A stretch of 64,000 nt of DNA, from NCBI GenBank assembly GCA_049324395.1, contig JBMOOY010000056.1, positions 518 through 64,517 on the forward strand, read 5' to 3'. The notes under the pieces were generated by a model, which did no database searches, was not told the DNA's origin, and worked only from the letters and a program-made list of their open reading frames with translations. Numbering within the stretch: the stretch's first letter is position 1; each line of letters opens with the position of its first letter. Source of the stretch: Pseudomonadota bacterium. Lineage in GTDB: Bacteria > Pseudomonadota > Gammaproteobacteria > Xanthomonadales > Xanthomonadaceae. The position numbers were made by a program, and so were the translations under genes. This document shows positions 8,923 through 19,952 of this stretch, one piece after another.

Positions 8923-10002
8923 TTACCGCGCACTGATCGCATGCACCGCCTCCACCAGCGCCGCGACATGATCCGGATTCATGTCCGGCGACATGCCGTG
9001 GCCGAGGTTGAAGACGTGGCCGTCGCGCGAGCCGTTGTTGCCCGCGGCGTAGCTGTCGAGGGCGCGGCGGACTTCGTTGCGGATGGCGTCCGGCGAGCCG
9101 TAGAGCGTCGCCGGGTCGAGGTTGCCCTGCAGCGCGACCTTGCCGGCGGTGCGGCGTGCGGCGTCGCCGAGTTCGATCAGCCAGTCGACGCCGACGCCTT
9201 CGGTGCCGGAGGCGGCGAGATCTTCGAGATACGCGGCGTTGCCCTTGCCGAACAGGATCAGCGGGGTGCGGTCGGCGCCTTCGCCGCGCTGCAGTTCCTT
9301 CGCGATGCGCACGAGGTACGGCAGCGAGAATTCGCGGTACATCGCCGGGCTGAGCACGCCGCCCCAGGTGTCGAAGACCTGCAGCGCCTGCGCGCCCGCG
9401 GCGCGCTGCGCGGCGAGATAGGCGATCACCGCGTCGGTGTTCACCGACAGGACCCGATGCAGGAGGTCGGGGGCGTTCAAGGCCATCGCCTTGATCTTCG
9501 AGAAGTTGTCGCTGCCGCCGCCTTCGATCATGTAGCAGGCCAGCGTCCAGGGACTGCCGGAGAAGCCGATCAGCGGCACGCTGCCATCGAGTTCGCGGCG
9601 GATCGTGCGTACCGCGTCCATCACGTAGCCCAGTTCGGTTTCCATGTCGGGCACGGCGAGGTTCGCGACGTCCTCGGCGGTGCGCACCGGGCGTTCGAAC
9701 TTCGGACCTTCGCCTTCGACGAAATACAGGCCCAGGCCCATCGCGTCGGGCACGGTGAGGATGTCGGAGAAGAGGATCGCCGCGTCCAGCGGGAACCGGC
9801 GCAACGGCTGCAGGGTGACTTCGCAGGCCAGCTCCGGCGTCTTCGCCATCGTCAGGAAACTGCCGGCCTGTCTGCGGGTCTCGCGGTACTCCGGCAGATA
9901 ACGACCGGCCTGACGCATCAGCCAGACCGGGGTGCGATCGGTGGCTTCGCGGCGGAGGGCGCGCAGGAAACGGTCGTTGCGGAGCGGGGCGATCGAGGTC
10001 AC
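8923..10002 (-). CDS. hemE: Uroporphyrinogen decarboxylase
   Basis: [30 protein letters not shown]. Confidence 0.98.
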   Translation of the reverse strand: MTSIAPLRNDRFLRALRREATDRTPVWLMRQAGRYLPEYRETRRQAGSFLTMAKTPELACEVTLQPLRRFPLDAAILFSDILTVPDAMGLGLYFVEGEGPKFERPVRTAEDVANLAVPDMETELGYVMDAVRTIRRELDGSVPLIGFSGSPWTLACYMIEGGGSDNFSKIKAMALNAPDLLHRVLSVNTDAVIAYLAAQRAAGAQALQVFDTWGGVLSPAMYREFSLPYLVRIAKELQRGEGADRTPLILFGKGNAAYLEDLAASGTEGVGVDWLIELGDAARRTAGKVALQGNLDPATLYGSPDAIRNEVRRALDSYAAGNNGSRDGHVFNLGHGMSPDMNPDHVAALVEAVHAISAR

Positions 10003-10033
10003 GGGAGGTCCTGGAGAAGCGAAGGTGGGCGCG

Positions 10034-10288
10034 TCAGTTCGGCGCGTCGACGCCCTGGGCGAAGACCAGTTGGAATCCCTTCTTGAGGGTCTGGTCGCGG
10101 GCGCGTTCGAAGGCGGCGAGGGCGCTGGCCTGGTCGAGGTACTGCTCGCGCCGGAGCGTGCTGCGCTTGCCGATCTGGCCGGTCTCGCGGATCACGGTCC
10201 AGCCGCCCAGCAGATCGGCTTCCAGCTGCAACTGGACGAAGCGGGGCGCTTCGGGGCCGTCCGGGCGTTGTTGCAGGAGGATGCGCAT
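10034..10288 (-). CDS. WGR domain-containing protein
   Basis: [25 protein letters not shown], ending KKGFQL. Usual position between aroB and hemE in this family. Confidence 0.8.
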   Translation of the reverse strand: MRILLQQRPDGPEAPRFVQLQLEADLLGGWTVIRETGQIGKRSTLRREQYLDQASALAAFERARDQTLKKGFQLVFAQGVDAPN

Positions 10289-10337
10289 GCCGCGAATTGT
10301 AAGGGGTCGGGGCGCGTCCGGGCGGAGCGACCCCGGC

Positions 10338-11450
10338 TCAGCCTTCGAGCAGGGTCTCGATCACCGCGTCCTCGGGCACGCCGTCGACGATCCGCGCCGC
10401 CCCCGGCGCTTCCCACAGTACGAAGCGCAGGCCACCCGACAGGGCCTTCTTGTCCAGACGCATGCGCTGGACCAGCGCGTCGGCGTCGAGGCCCGCGGGC
10501 AGGGCGGTGGGGAGCCCGAACGCCGTCAGCAGATCGCGCAGGCGATCCGCATCGGCGGCCGGCGCCATGCCCAGGTGGGCCGAGAGACGGGCCGCGAGCA
10601 CCATGCCGACCGCCACCGCTTCGCCGTGGTTGAGCGCGTTCTCGGCGAAGCGGCCGTAGCCCTGCTCGGCTTCGATCGCGTGGCCGAAGGTGTGGCCGAA
10701 GTTCAGCAGCGCGCGTTCGCCGTATTCGAAGGGGTCGTGCTCGACGATGTTCGCCTTGTGCTGGCAACTGCGGGCGATGGCTTCGACCAGCGGCTCGCGT
10801 TCGCGCGCGAGCAGCGCGGGTGCGTGTTCGCGCAGCCAGCCGAGGAAGGGCGCGTCGACGATGGCGCCGTATTTCACGACTTCCGCGAGGCCCGCGCGCA
10901 GCTCGCGCTCCGGCAGCGAGTCCAGTACGGACGTGTCGGCGAACACCGCGCGCGGCGGATGGAAGGCGCCGACGAGATTCTTGCCCTGCGGCAGGTCGAC
11001 CGCGGTCTTGCCGCCGACCGAGGAATCGACCATCGCCAGCAGCGTGGTGGGCAACTGGATGCAGTCGATGCCGCGCATCCAGCAGGCCGCGGCGAAGCCC
11101 GCGAGGTCGCCGACCACGCCGCCGCCGAGGGCGAGGACGCAGGCGTCGCGAGTGGCGCCGAGCTGGGCCAGCGCGTCCATGACGTCGGAGAAGCGGGCGA
11201 GGGTCTTGGCCTGCTCGCCGGGCGGAATCGCGAACCGCGCCACGCGGAGGTCGGGGCGCACGTTGTGCAGCGCGATCTCCACGCGGCGTGCGTACAGCGG
11301 TGCGACATGCTCGTCGCTGACGATCAGGACGTGGCGTCCGCGGACGCGCGCGATCAGGCTGCTTCCGTCGTCGAGAAGCCCGTCGCCGATGGCGATGGTG
11401 TAGGGATGGGAGCCGCCGATGTGGACGTAGCGCATTGCGGGGGCGGTCAT
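10338..11450 (-). CDS. aroB: 3-dehydroquinate synthase
   Basis: [40 protein letters not shown]. Confidence 0.98.
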   Translation of the reverse strand: MTAPAMRYVHIGGSHPYTIAIGDGLLDDGSSLIARVRGRHVLIVSDEHVAPLYARRVEIALHNVRPDLRVARFAIPPGEQAKTLARFSDVMDALAQLGATRDACVLALGGGVVGDLAGFAAACWMRGIDCIQLPTTLLAMVDSSVGGKTAVDLPQGKNLVGAFHPPRAVFADTSVLDSLPERELRAGLAEVVKYGAIVDAPFLGWLREHAPALLAREREPLVEAIARSCQHKANIVEHDPFEYGERALLNFGHTFGHAIEAEQGYGRFAENALNHGEAVAVGMVLAARLSAHLGMAPAADADRLRDLLTAFGLPTALPAGLDADALVQRMRLDKKALSGGLRFVLWEAPGAARIVDGVPEDAVIETLLEG

Positions 11451-12019
11451 GTCGGGTCCGGTACGGAGGAAGGGACGGCGGAGCGATGCCGGTGGGCGTC
11501 CAGTCGGTCCGCCAGCATAGCCGCGAGCCGCGCGGCGGATTCGGCCGGAGTCTCGTCGATCGACTCGAAATTCAGGTCGGCGGCGGCTTCGTACAGCGGC
11601 CCCCGTTCCGCGGCCAGGCGACGCAACACCGCTTCGCGATCGTCGCCGGAGATCAGCGGCCGACTGCGATCCCCGGCGAGTCGGGCCAATTGCGTCTCGA
11701 CCGCGATCCGCAGATGGACGACGAAGCCGTGTCGGCGCATGAGCGCGCGGTTCTCCGGGTCCAGTACCGCACCGCCGCCGGTGGCGAGCACGCAGGACGG
11801 TCCGGCCAGGGCCCCGGCCAGCGCCTCGCGTTCGCGACGGCGGAAACCGGCCTCGCCCTCGTGCGCGAAGATCGTCGGGATGTCCGCTCCGGCGCGGAGC
11901 TCGATCTCGCGGTCGAGGTCGACGAACGGTAGATCCCGCAGCGTCGCGAGGCGGCGTCCGAGCGCGCTTTTCCCGGCGCCCATCGGGCCGATCAGGACGA
12001 GGTGGGAGGGCGGCTGCAT
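11447..12019 (-). CDS. aroK: Shikimate kinase
   Basis: [34 protein letters not shown]. Alternative start at 12028. Confidence 0.97.
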   Translation of the reverse strand: MQPPSHLVLIGPMGAGKSALGRRLATLRDLPFVDLDREIELRAGADIPTIFAHEGEAGFRRREREALAGALAGPSCVLATGGGAVLDPENRALMRRHGFVVHLRIAVETQLARLAGDRSRPLISGDDREAVLRRLAAERGPLYEAAADLNFESIDETPAESAARLAAMLADRLDAHRHRSAVPSSVPDPT

Positions 12020-12090
12020 ATACGTCATCTTAACAGCGCGAGCGTACGCTGCCCTTCCGGCGTCCGCCGGGAATCGTGAGGAAGTCCGCC

Positions 12091-12294
12091 ATGTCCGTCG
12101 CCAAGATCATCGAAATCAACGCCTCGTCCGACGTCGGCTTCGAGGATGCGGTCCGCAGCGGTCTGAAAAAGTGCGCCGAGTCGGTCAAGAACATCAAGGG
12201 CGCCTGGGTCAACGAAACCAAGGTCGTGACCGACGATCACGGCAACGTGACCGAGTGGCGCGTGAACATGCGTGTGAGTTTCGTCGTGCAGTGA
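12091..12294 (+). CDS. Dodecin family flavin-binding protein
   Basis: [25 protein letters not shown]...[12 protein letters not shown]. Confidence 0.92.
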   Translation: MSVAKIIEINASSDVGFEDAVRSGLKKCAESVKNIKGAWVNETKVVTDDHGNVTEWRVNMRVSFVVQ

Positions 12295-12304
12295 TCTCCG
12301 CGGC

Positions 12305-13150
12305 TCAGCCGACGACCCGTCGACGCGCGTCGAGCGCGAGACTGCGTTCGGCGATCCGCGGCAGCGTGCGCAGCGCCTGCCGGCCGACGCGTTCGAAATG
12401 CTGCACGAATCGCGCGATCGCGGCCGGCGTCATGCCGGTCGCGGTCCGCGACGACTGCAGCGCCTTCGCCCGGCGCTCCTGTTCGCGACGCCAGCGCAGT
12501 ACCGGTTCGAAACCGGGCGGCTGCAGCCACAGCAGCCGATCCAGTCGCGACCACAGCGCCGGATAGTCGCGGCCGAGCGCATCGTTGCACCAGCGCCGCC
12601 ACGCGCCGTCCGGGTCTTCGTCGCGCTCCAGCGCGTTGAGCGGCCGCGCCAGCGCCGCCTCGGTTTCCGGCGGGACCTTGAGGCACCAGCCGTCGAACAG
12701 CACGAGATCGGCGGTGCGGCAGGTCGGCCAGCGCGACGGCGGCAGGCGCCGGTCGGCCAGTTTGTCGAATCGCGGCAACCGTACGGCCGCGCCTGCGCGC
12801 AGGGCGTCGAGGGTGTCGAGCGCCAATGCGATCTCGTGCGTGCCCGGCGGCCCGCGCGTGGACAGCAGCGGATGCACGTCCCGCGCCAGCCGCCGTCGTT
12901 CTCGGCGACCGAGATACACGTCGTCGAGCGACAGCGTCGCGACCTGCAGTCCGCGCGTCCGCGCCAGCGCGGCGAGCTGCGCCGCGAGGGTGGACTTGCC
13001 CGACCCCTGCAGGCCGCCGATGGCGTAGACCCGCGCGCCGTGCGCCAGCGCGTCGTCGAGCGCACCGGCGACCACCGCAGCGGCGAACCCGTGCACGGCG
13101 GGGCGAACCGCGCCGGAATTGATCGAAGTCGGGTGCGGAAGCGGAGGCAT
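12305..13150 (-). CDS. P-loop kinase (D-glycerate 3-kinase-like)
   Basis: [36 protein letters not shown]. Start approximate. Confidence 0.82.
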   Translation of the reverse strand: MPPLPHPTSINSGAVRPAVHGFAAAVVAGALDDALAHGARVYAIGGLQGSGKSTLAAQLAALARTRGLQVATLSLDDVYLGRRERRRLARDVHPLLSTRGPPGTHEIALALDTLDALRAGAAVRLPRFDKLADRRLPPSRWPTCRTADLVLFDGWCLKVPPETEAALARPLNALERDEDPDGAWRRWCNDALGRDYPALWSRLDRLLWLQPPGFEPVLRWRREQERRAKALQSSRTATGMTPAAIARFVQHFERVGRQALRTLPRIAERSLALDARRRVVG

Positions 13151-13189
13151 CGGGCGACAATACCCCAACGCCAACGTTCGGACCCCGCC

Positions 13190-13786
13190 ATGACGCTCTA
13201 CGCCGAAGCCCTCGCCACGTTCGATGCGCTGTTCGCGCAGGCCCGCGAGGCGGGCATCCCCGAGCCGACCGCGATGACCGTGGCCACCGCCACGTCCGCC
13301 GGGCTGCCCTCGGCGCGCATGGTCCTGCTGAAGGCCCACGACGCGCGCGGCTTCGTGTTCTACACCCATCTCGACGGCCGCAAGGGCCGCGAACTGCAAG
13401 CCAACCCGCAGTGCGCGCTGCTGTTCTTCTGGAAGGCGCTGGGCGAGGACGGCGTGCAGGTGCGCATCGAGGGTGACGTGGAGATCGTCGACGAGGCCGA
13501 AGCCGACGCTTATTTCGCGATGCGCCCGCGCGACAGCCAGCTCGGCGCCTGGGCCTCGCATCAATCGGAGACGCTGGACAGTCGAGAGACCTTCGAGCAG
13601 CGCTTCGCCGAGGCGAAGGCGCGTTTCGAGGGCGTCGACGTCCCGCGCCCGGCGCGCTGGGGCGGCTTCCGCGTGAAACCGCGCAGCATCGAGTTCTGGT
13701 ACGGCGCGCAGTTCCGCCTGCACGAGCGCCATCTGTACGAACGCGGCGCGGACGGCGCGTGGACGAAGCGGATGTTGTATCCGTGA
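13190..13786 (+). CDS. pdxH: Pyridoxamine 5'-phosphate oxidase
   Basis: [44 protein letters not shown]. Confidence 0.97.
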   Translation: MTLYAEALATFDALFAQAREAGIPEPTAMTVATATSAGLPSARMVLLKAHDARGFVFYTHLDGRKGRELQANPQCALLFFWKALGEDGVQVRIEGDVEIVDEAEADAYFAMRPRDSQLGAWASHQSETLDSRETFEQRFAEAKARFEGVDVPRPARWGGFRVKPRSIEFWYGAQFRLHERHLYERGADGAWTKRMLYP

Positions 13787-14625
13787 GCGTGGCCGACGGC
13801 GTCGGCGCGGGTGTCGGCCCGCGCTCGGGCCCGCGACGCATCGTCTGTCTGACCGAAGAGCCGACCGAGGTGCTGTACGCGCTCGGCGAGCAGCACCGCA
13901 TCGTCGGGATCAGCGGCTTCACCGTGCGTCCGGCGATCGCGCGGAAGGAGAAACCGAAGGTCAGCGCGTTCACCTCGGCGAAGATCGGCGAGATCCTGAA
14001 TCTCGAACCGGATTTCGTCGTCGGGTTTTCCGACATCCAGGCCGACATCGCGTCCGCGCTCATCAGGCACGGCGTCGAGGTGTGGGTGTCGAATCACCGC
14101 AGCGTCGCCGGCATCCTCGACTACGTGCGCCGGCTCGGCGCCCTCGTTGGCGCATCGGAGAAGGCGAACGCGTACGCCGATGCGCTTGCGCGCGGGCTCG
14201 ACGCCATCGCCGCCGAGGCGGCGAGGCTGCCGCGCCGTCCGAAGGTGTATTTCGAGGAATGGGACGAGCCGCAGATCAGCGGCATCCGCTGGGTGTCGGA
14301 ACTGGTCGCGATCGCCGGCGGCGACGACGTCTTTCCGGAGCGCGCGGCCTCCTCGCTGGCGAAGGGGCGCATTCTCGAAGATCCCGGCGAAGTGATCCGC
14401 CGCGCGCCGGATCTCATCCTCGGCTCGTGGTGCGGCAAGAAATTCCGCCCGGAGAAGGTCGCGGCACGCCCGGGCTGGGACGCGATTCCCGCGGTGCGCG
14501 ACGGCGCGCTGCACGAGATCAAGTCGCCGATCATCCTCCAGCCGGGGCCGGCGGCGCTGACCGAAGGCGTGCGCGAGATCGCGCGGATCGTGCGCGAGTG
14601 GTCGCTGCGCGCGGGCGTCAGTTGA
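13783..14625 (+). CDS. BtuF-like (cobalamin/iron-complex) binding protein, no signal peptide
   Basis: [50 protein letters not shown] start overlaps the pdxH stop. Confidence 0.82.
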   Translation: MSVADGVGAGVGPRSGPRRIVCLTEEPTEVLYALGEQHRIVGISGFTVRPAIARKEKPKVSAFTSAKIGEILNLEPDFVVGFSDIQADIASALIRHGVEVWVSNHRSVAGILDYVRRLGALVGASEKANAYADALARGLDAIAAEAARLPRRPKVYFEEWDEPQISGIRWVSELVAIAGGDDVFPERAASSLAKGRILEDPGEVIRRAPDLILGSWCGKKFRPEKVAARPGWDAIPAVRDGALHEIKSPIILQPGPAALTEGVREIARIVREWSLRAGVS

Positions 14626-16021
14626 CGACGAACCGATGCGCGTCGGCGCGGCCGACGATGGCCGCTGCGAGCAGGGCGGCGGCGACCGCGATCGCGAAAT
14701 TGGCCAGATAGGCCGCCTCGACCGACACCGGAAGCAGGGCCGCGAACAGCGAGCCGCCGAGCGCCATCGCGGTCGACACCGCGACCGCTTCGGACAGGGG
14801 AAGCGCGGCGCTGTTGGCGCCCTGACGTTCCAGTGCGGACAGCGACAGGACCAGCACGGACAGACTGGGCGAAATCATCCCCATGCCCAGGCCGGCGACC
14901 GCCCAGCCCGACACCGCGACGAACACGTGAACCGGGGAGAGGACCGCGAGCGCGGCGACCGCGAGGCCCGCGCACAGTGCGGTCGTGCCGGTGCGCAGGA
15001 AGCGATGGCGACTCCAGCCGTTGCGGGCGTGGCCCTGGAACCAGGAGCCGAAGGTCCAGCTGATCGCCCCGGCGGTGAGCGCGAGGCCGGCCAGCGCCGG
15101 CGACAGCCCGCGTTCGCGCGACAGCAGGAGCGGCAGGAACGCTTCGACGCCGAAGAAGGCCGCGCAGACCAGTCCGCGCAGCGCGACGACGGTCGGCAGG
15201 CCGCGCGCCGCGATCGGGGTGCCGGTCGGCAACAGGCGCACGGTGCAGGCGAAGGCCAGCGCCGCCGCGGGGATCAGCACTGCGGCCGCCGGGCCGCCGC
15301 GGAGTTGTCCGCCGACGTGGAGCAGACAGATACCGGTCGCGGCGCCGAACGAGAGCGCGACCCGTCGGGGCGACACGATGCCCGCGGCGGCGGCGGCCGC
15401 CGTCGTCGCGCGCAGCGCCGGCCGCAACAGCAGCGCCGCGGGCAGCGCGATCAGCGGAATGACCAGGAAGATGCTGCGCCAGCCGAACGCTTCGACCGCG
15501 AGGCCGCTCAACGCCGGGCCGAACAGCGCCGGTATCGCCCAACTGGTCGCGAACGCCGCGAACACGCGCGGGCGCATCGTCGTCGGGTAGCGGCGGGCGA
15601 CCAGCGCGTACAGCGCGACAGTGATGCCGCCACCGCCCAGACCCTGCGCCATCCTGCCGGCGATGAGCGTCGGCATGTCCGGCGCGAGTCCGGCCAGCAA
15701 CAGGCCGCCCACGAAGCAGGCCAGCGACGCCCACAGCGGCGCCGCGGGGCCCCGGGCATCGCACCATTGGCCGGCCAGCGTGGTTCCGACCACGCTCGTC
15801 GCCATCTTGCCGCCGAACGCGAGCGCGTACAGCGGGAGGCCGTCCAGCGCCAGCGCCGCGGTGGGCATCGCGGTGACCACCGCGAGCGCTTCGTACGCGA
15901 CCAGCGCGACCAGCCCGACCATGCCGATCGTCGTCGCCCGGTAGCGCGGGGCGAAGATCGAGGCCGACCCCTCGTCCTGCTGCGACGCGTGCGGTGCGGT
16001 CGTTTCCGGTGCGAGCGACAT
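14618..16021 (-). CDS. MFS efflux transporter
   Basis: About 14 hydrophobic segments, GRMAQGLGGG motif, divergent from soxR. Confidence 0.9.
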   Translation of the reverse strand: MSLAPETTAPHASQQDEGSASIFAPRYRATTIGMVGLVALVAYEALAVVTAMPTAALALDGLPLYALAFGGKMATSVVGTTLAGQWCDARGPAAPLWASLACFVGGLLLAGLAPDMPTLIAGRMAQGLGGGGITVALYALVARRYPTTMRPRVFAAFATSWAIPALFGPALSGLAVEAFGWRSIFLVIPLIALPAALLLRPALRATTAAAAAAGIVSPRRVALSFGAATGICLLHVGGQLRGGPAAAVLIPAAALAFACTVRLLPTGTPIAARGLPTVVALRGLVCAAFFGVEAFLPLLLSRERGLSPALAGLALTAGAISWTFGSWFQGHARNGWSRHRFLRTGTTALCAGLAVAALAVLSPVHVFVAVSGWAVAGLGMGMISPSLSVLVLSLSALERQGANSAALPLSEAVAVSTAMALGGSLFAALLPVSVEAAYLANFAIAVAAALLAAAIVGRADAHRFVVN

Positions 16022-16088
16022 GCGGGGGTCCTGTGCGGAGAGCGATGGGCGTCCGTTGCGCGGCTTGCGTCGGACGGGTTCGACGCGC

Positions 16089-16119
16089 AGCATCCGACCT
16101 CAACCGGGGTTGAGGTCAA
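16089..16119 (-). promoter_or_regulatory. SoxR operator inside a MerR-type promoter (19-bp spacer) driving the MFS gene
   Basis: Perfect 10-bp inverted repeat GACCTCAACC-GG-GGTTGAGGTC at 16096-16117 matches the CCTCAA-N6-TTGAGG SoxR box. On the minus strand, -35 TTGACC (16119-16114) and -10-like GATGCT (16094-16089) are 19 bp apart. Confidence 0.88.
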
Positions 16120-16122
16120 GCG

Positions 16123-16560
16123 ATGGGCGAACTGGGCGTGGGCGAAGTGGCGCGACGCAGCGGCATGACCGTGTCGGCGCTGCATTTCTACGAGCGCGAA
16201 GGGCTGATCCGCAGCTGGCGTACGCGCGGCAACCAGCGACGGTATGCCCGCGACGTCCTGCGACGGCTGGCGGTGATCCGGGTCGCGCAGCGCGTCGGCG
16301 TGCCGCTGGCGTCGGTGCGGCACGCGTTCTCCGCTCTGCCGGATGCCCGAACGCCCACGCGCGCGGACTGGACGCGGATGTCGGCGCGATGGCGCGAGGC
16401 GCTGGACGAGCGCATCCGCGATCTGGAGCGTCTGCGCGATCAACTCGCCGAATGCATCGGCTGCGGTTGTCTGTCGCTGCGGCGCTGCCGGCTGCGCAAT
16501 CCCGACGATGCGCTGGGCGAACGCGGCGACGGGCCGCGGGTCTGGGAAGGCGGCGACTAG
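16123..16560 (+). CDS. soxR: Redox-sensitive transcriptional activator SoxR
   Basis: MerR HTH (VGEVARRSG...LHFYE...GNQRRY) and the [2Fe-2S] motif CIGCGCLSLRRC. Confidence 0.97.
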   Translation: MGELGVGEVARRSGMTVSALHFYEREGLIRSWRTRGNQRRYARDVLRRLAVIRVAQRVGVPLASVRHAFSALPDARTPTRADWTRMSARWREALDERIRDLERLRDQLAECIGCGCLSLRRCRLRNPDDALGERGDGPRVWEGGD

Positions 16561-16617
16561 CCGCCCCGGCGCCCCGGGGCGCGGCGCGGGGAACCGGCCC
16601 GTGCGGGGTCCTTGCGA

Positions 16618-17091
16618 TCAGCGCGCGAAATCGCGCGAGAAGGTCATGGTCGACGCGGCGTCGCCTTCGCGCACGATCTTCAGGTCGAAACGGAGCGTGT
16701 CCGGCGGCGAGACCTTCGCGGTGCCGACGTAATCGACGTACTCGCCCGAGCGGATTTCGCGCATCGCCAGCGTTTGCCGCTGGCCCTGCAGATTGGCGAC
16801 GGTGGCGTCGACGGTCGCCGGCAGCGCGGTATCGCGCCCCTCGGGGCCCTGGCGCACCGACACCAGCAGCATCACCGTGCCGGGGTCGCGTTCGATGCCG
16901 TATTGCTGCGCCATCGCTTCGGCGAGCCCCTCGGTGAGCAGCACGTTCGCGCGCACCGTCACGTCGCCGACCCGGCTCACCGCTTCCTGCGGCGCTTCGA
17001 TCCGCGGTGCGGGCTTCGGCGCGTCGCCACCGCAAGCGGCAAGGGCGAGGCACAGCATCAGGGGCGCGAATCGGGGGATGTACGGACGCAT
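16618..17091 (-). CDS. DUF4426-like lipoprotein
   Basis: Lipobox LAAC. AMAQQYGIER...MLLVSV...LRFDLKI. Conserved position after proC. Confidence 0.8.
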   Translation of the reverse strand: MRPYIPRFAPLMLCLALAACGGDAPKPAPRIEAPQEAVSRVGDVTVRANVLLTEGLAEAMAQQYGIERDPGTVMLLVSVRQGPEGRDTALPATVDATVANLQGQRQTLAMREIRSGEYVDYVGTAKVSPPDTLRFDLKIVREGDAASTMTFSRDFAR

Positions 17092-17098
17092 GTCGGCC

Positions 17099-17920
17099 TC
17101 AGTCGTTGGCGGCGGACAACTCGCGTCCGCGTTCGGTGGCGTTGCGGATGGCGGCGGCGACGAGGGCGCGGAAGCCGCCGGTCTCGAAGGTCTCGATGGC
17201 GGCCTGCGTGGTGCCGCCGGGCGAGGTAACCCGGCGCCGCAGTTCGGCCGGGTCCTCGCCCGATTCGGTCAGCATGCGCGCGGCGCCGAGCACGGTCTGG
17301 CGGACCAGCGCGGCGGCGGCCTGCGGCGGCAGGCCCTCGGCGATCGCGGCGGCTTCCATCGCTTCGGCCAGCAGGAAGATGTAGGCCGGCCCGCTGCCGG
17401 ACGCGGCGGTGACCGCATCCATCAGCGCCTCGTCGTCGATCCAGACCGTCTCCCCGGCCGACGACAGCAGGTCGACCGTGCGCCGGCGGCCCCGGTCGTC
17501 GACTTCAGGGCTGGCGAACAGGCCGGTGACGCCCGCGCCGAGCAGGGCGGGCGTGTTCGGCATGGTCCGGACCACGGCGATGCCGCCGCCCAGCCAGCGC
17601 TGCAGCTGTGCGGCGGTGATCCCGGCGGCGATGGACACCACCAATGGCCGCGTGGCCTGCGCCAGCGGCGCCAGGGCTTCGCACACGGTCCGCATCACCT
17701 GCGGTTTGACCGCCAGCACCCACAGCCCGGCAGGCGCGGCGGCCTCGGCGTTGTCGGTGGCGACCCGCACGCCGAAATCGCGGGCGAGGGCGTCGCGCAG
17801 GGCCTCGACCGGTTCGGAGACGCGGATGTCGCCGGCAGCCGTGCCGCGGGCGATCAGGCCGCCGATCAGGCTGCGGGCCATGTTGCCGCCGCCGATGAAG
17901 GCGATGGAGGAAGCGCTCAT
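17099..17920 (-). CDS. proC: Pyrroline-5-carboxylate reductase
   Basis: IAFIGGGNMA, LAVKPQ, RTMPNTP, SGSGPAY, VTSPGGTT. Confidence 0.98.
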   Translation of the reverse strand: MSASSIAFIGGGNMARSLIGGLIARGTAAGDIRVSEPVEALRDALARDFGVRVATDNAEAAAPAGLWVLAVKPQVMRTVCEALAPLAQATRPLVVSIAAGITAAQLQRWLGGGIAVVRTMPNTPALLGAGVTGLFASPEVDDRGRRRTVDLLSSAGETVWIDDEALMDAVTAASGSGPAYIFLLAEAMEAAAIAEGLPPQAAAALVRQTVLGAARMLTESGEDPAELRRRVTSPGGTTQAAIETFETGGFRALVAAAIRNATERGRELSAAND

Positions 17921-18663
17921 GCGGGCTCCGGAGACAGGGACTCGGAAGGGGATGGGAACTTCGACGGCCGCGGCCCGAACAGCGCACTGCCGACCCGGAC
18001 CAGGGTCGCGCCTTCGGCGATGGCCAGGGCGTAGTCCTCGCTCATCCCCATCGACAGGGTGTCGACCTCGGGATGGCGGGCGGCGAGGACGTCGAACAGG
18101 GCGCGCATGCGCCGGAACGCGTCCCGGCGCCGTCCCATGTCCGGGTCGGGCGAGGGGATCGCCATCAGCCCGCGCAGGCGCAGCGCCGGCCGGGCGGCGA
18201 TCGCCTCGGCGATGGCGTCGATCTGCTCGGGCCGGCAGCCGTGCTTGCTGGCCTCGTCGTCGATGTTCACCTGGATCAGCACGTTCAGCGGCGTCTGCCC
18301 CGGCGCGCGATGCTTCGCCAGCGCCTCGACCAGTTTCGGCCGATCCACGGTCTGCACCCAGTCGAAGGCGGCCGCGGCGTCGCGCGCCTTGTTCGACTGC
18401 AGATGGCCGATCAGATGCCATTCGATGCCCAGTCCCCCGAGCGCCGGCTGCTTGGCCAGCGTCTCCTGGACATAGTTCTCGCCGAACGCCACCGGGCCCG
18501 CGGCCGGTCGTGCGCGCAATGCGGCGGCGACCTGCGCGATCTCGTCCGCCGTCCGGGTCTTGCTCACCGCCAGCAGTCGCGCCGGCGCGCGTCCGGCGGC
18601 GGCTTCGGCCATGCCGGCGAGAAGGGCGTCGAGCGCGGAATGCGGCGGCGGTGCGTCGGTCAT
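17917..18663 (-). CDS. yggS: YggS family PLP-binding protein
   Basis: LLAVSKT, FGENYVQE, WHLIGHLQSNK, LSMGMSED, VRVGSALFG. Confidence 0.96.
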   Translation of the reverse strand: MTDAPPPHSALDALLAGMAEAAAGRAPARLLAVSKTRTADEIAQVAAALRARPAAGPVAFGENYVQETLAKQPALGGLGIEWHLIGHLQSNKARDAAAAFDWVQTVDRPKLVEALAKHRAPGQTPLNVLIQVNIDDEASKHGCRPEQIDAIAEAIAARPALRLRGLMAIPSPDPDMGRRRDAFRRMRALFDVLAARHPEVDTLSMGMSEDYALAIAEGATLVRVGSALFGPRPSKFPSPSESLSPEPA

Positions 18664-18844
18664 GGCGTGCGTTCGGGTGCGACCGGAGTCGCGGAATGGC
18701 GCAGGAAAGGTGAAGTGTATGTCGAACCGGCGCCCGGCCGATGCCGCCGCCTGCGCCCCCGGGTGCAAATCCCGGGGGCGGGGCTATACTCCGGCGCATC
18801 CCGGGTCTTCCGACCCGCACGACATCGCACCGCGGGGAGATCGC

Positions 18845-19882
18845 ATGGATATCGCCGAACTGTTGGCGTTTTCGGTCAAGAACAAAGCCTCGGACCTGCA
18901 TCTGTCCGCCGGCCTGCCGCCGATGATCCGCGTCGATGGCGACGTGCGCCGGATCAACATCCCCGCGCTGGACCACAAGCAGGTCCATGCGCTGGTCTAC
19001 GACATCATGTCGGACAAGCAACGCCGCGACTACGAGGAATTCCTCGAGTGCGACTTCTCGTTCGAGATCCCGGGCCTCGCCCGCTTCCGCGTCAACGCCT
19101 TCAACCAGAACCGCGGCGCCGGCGCCGTGTTCCGGACCATTCCCTCGGAAGTGTTGACCCTGGAAGACCTGGGGTGCCCGCCGATCTTCCGCGAACTCAT
19201 CGACCAGCCGCAGGGTCTGATCCTCGTGACCGGGCCGACCGGTTCGGGCAAGTCGACCACGCTCGCGGCGATGATCGACCACATCAACAAGAACGAATAC
19301 GCGCACATCCTCACCGTCGAGGACCCGATCGAATTCGTCCACACCTCGCAGAAGTGCCTGATCAACCAGCGCGAGGTCCATCGCGACACCCACGGCTTCA
19401 ACGAAGCGCTGCGTTCGGCCCTCCGCGAAGACCCCGACTACATCCTGGTCGGCGAAATGCGCGACATCGAGACGATCCGTCTCGCGCTCACCGCCGCGGA
19501 AACCGGCCACCTCGTGTTCGGCACCCTCCACACCAGTTCGGCGGCGAAGACCGTCGACCGCATCATCGACGTGTTCCCCGCCGGCGAAAAACCGATGGTG
19601 CGTTCGATGCTGTCCGAATCGCTGCGCGCGGTGATCTCGCAGGCGCTGCTGAAGAAGGTCGGCGGCGGCCGCACCGCGGCGTGGGAGATCATGGTCGGCA
19701 CCCCCGCGATCCGCAACCTGATCCGCGAGGACAAGGTCGCGCAGATGTATTCGTCGATCCAGACCGGCCAGAACTTCGGCATGATGACCCTCGATCAGCA
19801 CCTGCAGGATCTGGTCAAGCGCAGTCTCATCACCCGCCAGCAGGCCAAGGGCTACGCCAAGGACAAGCGGTTGTTCGAGTGA
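18845..19882 (+). CDS. pilT: Type IV pilus retraction ATPase
   Basis: MDIAELLAFSVKNKASDLHL, GPTGSGKST, ALREDPD, GTLHTSSA, AIRNLIRE. Confidence 0.98.
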   Translation: MDIAELLAFSVKNKASDLHLSAGLPPMIRVDGDVRRINIPALDHKQVHALVYDIMSDKQRRDYEEFLECDFSFEIPGLARFRVNAFNQNRGAGAVFRTIPSEVLTLEDLGCPPIFRELIDQPQGLILVTGPTGSGKSTTLAAMIDHINKNEYAHILTVEDPIEFVHTSQKCLINQREVHRDTHGFNEALRSALREDPDYILVGEMRDIETIRLALTAAETGHLVFGTLHTSSAAKTVDRIIDVFPAGEKPMVRSMLSESLRAVISQALLKKVGGGRTAAWEIMVGTPAIRNLIREDKVAQMYSSIQTGQNFGMMTLDQHLQDLVKRSLITRQQAKGYAKDKRLFE

Positions 19883-19952
19883 CCGCCGTTCGGCTCGCCC
19901 GCCGCCTAGGCGATCGGCGCGCGACCCGCTCCCCGCATTCCGGAGTTCCGTC

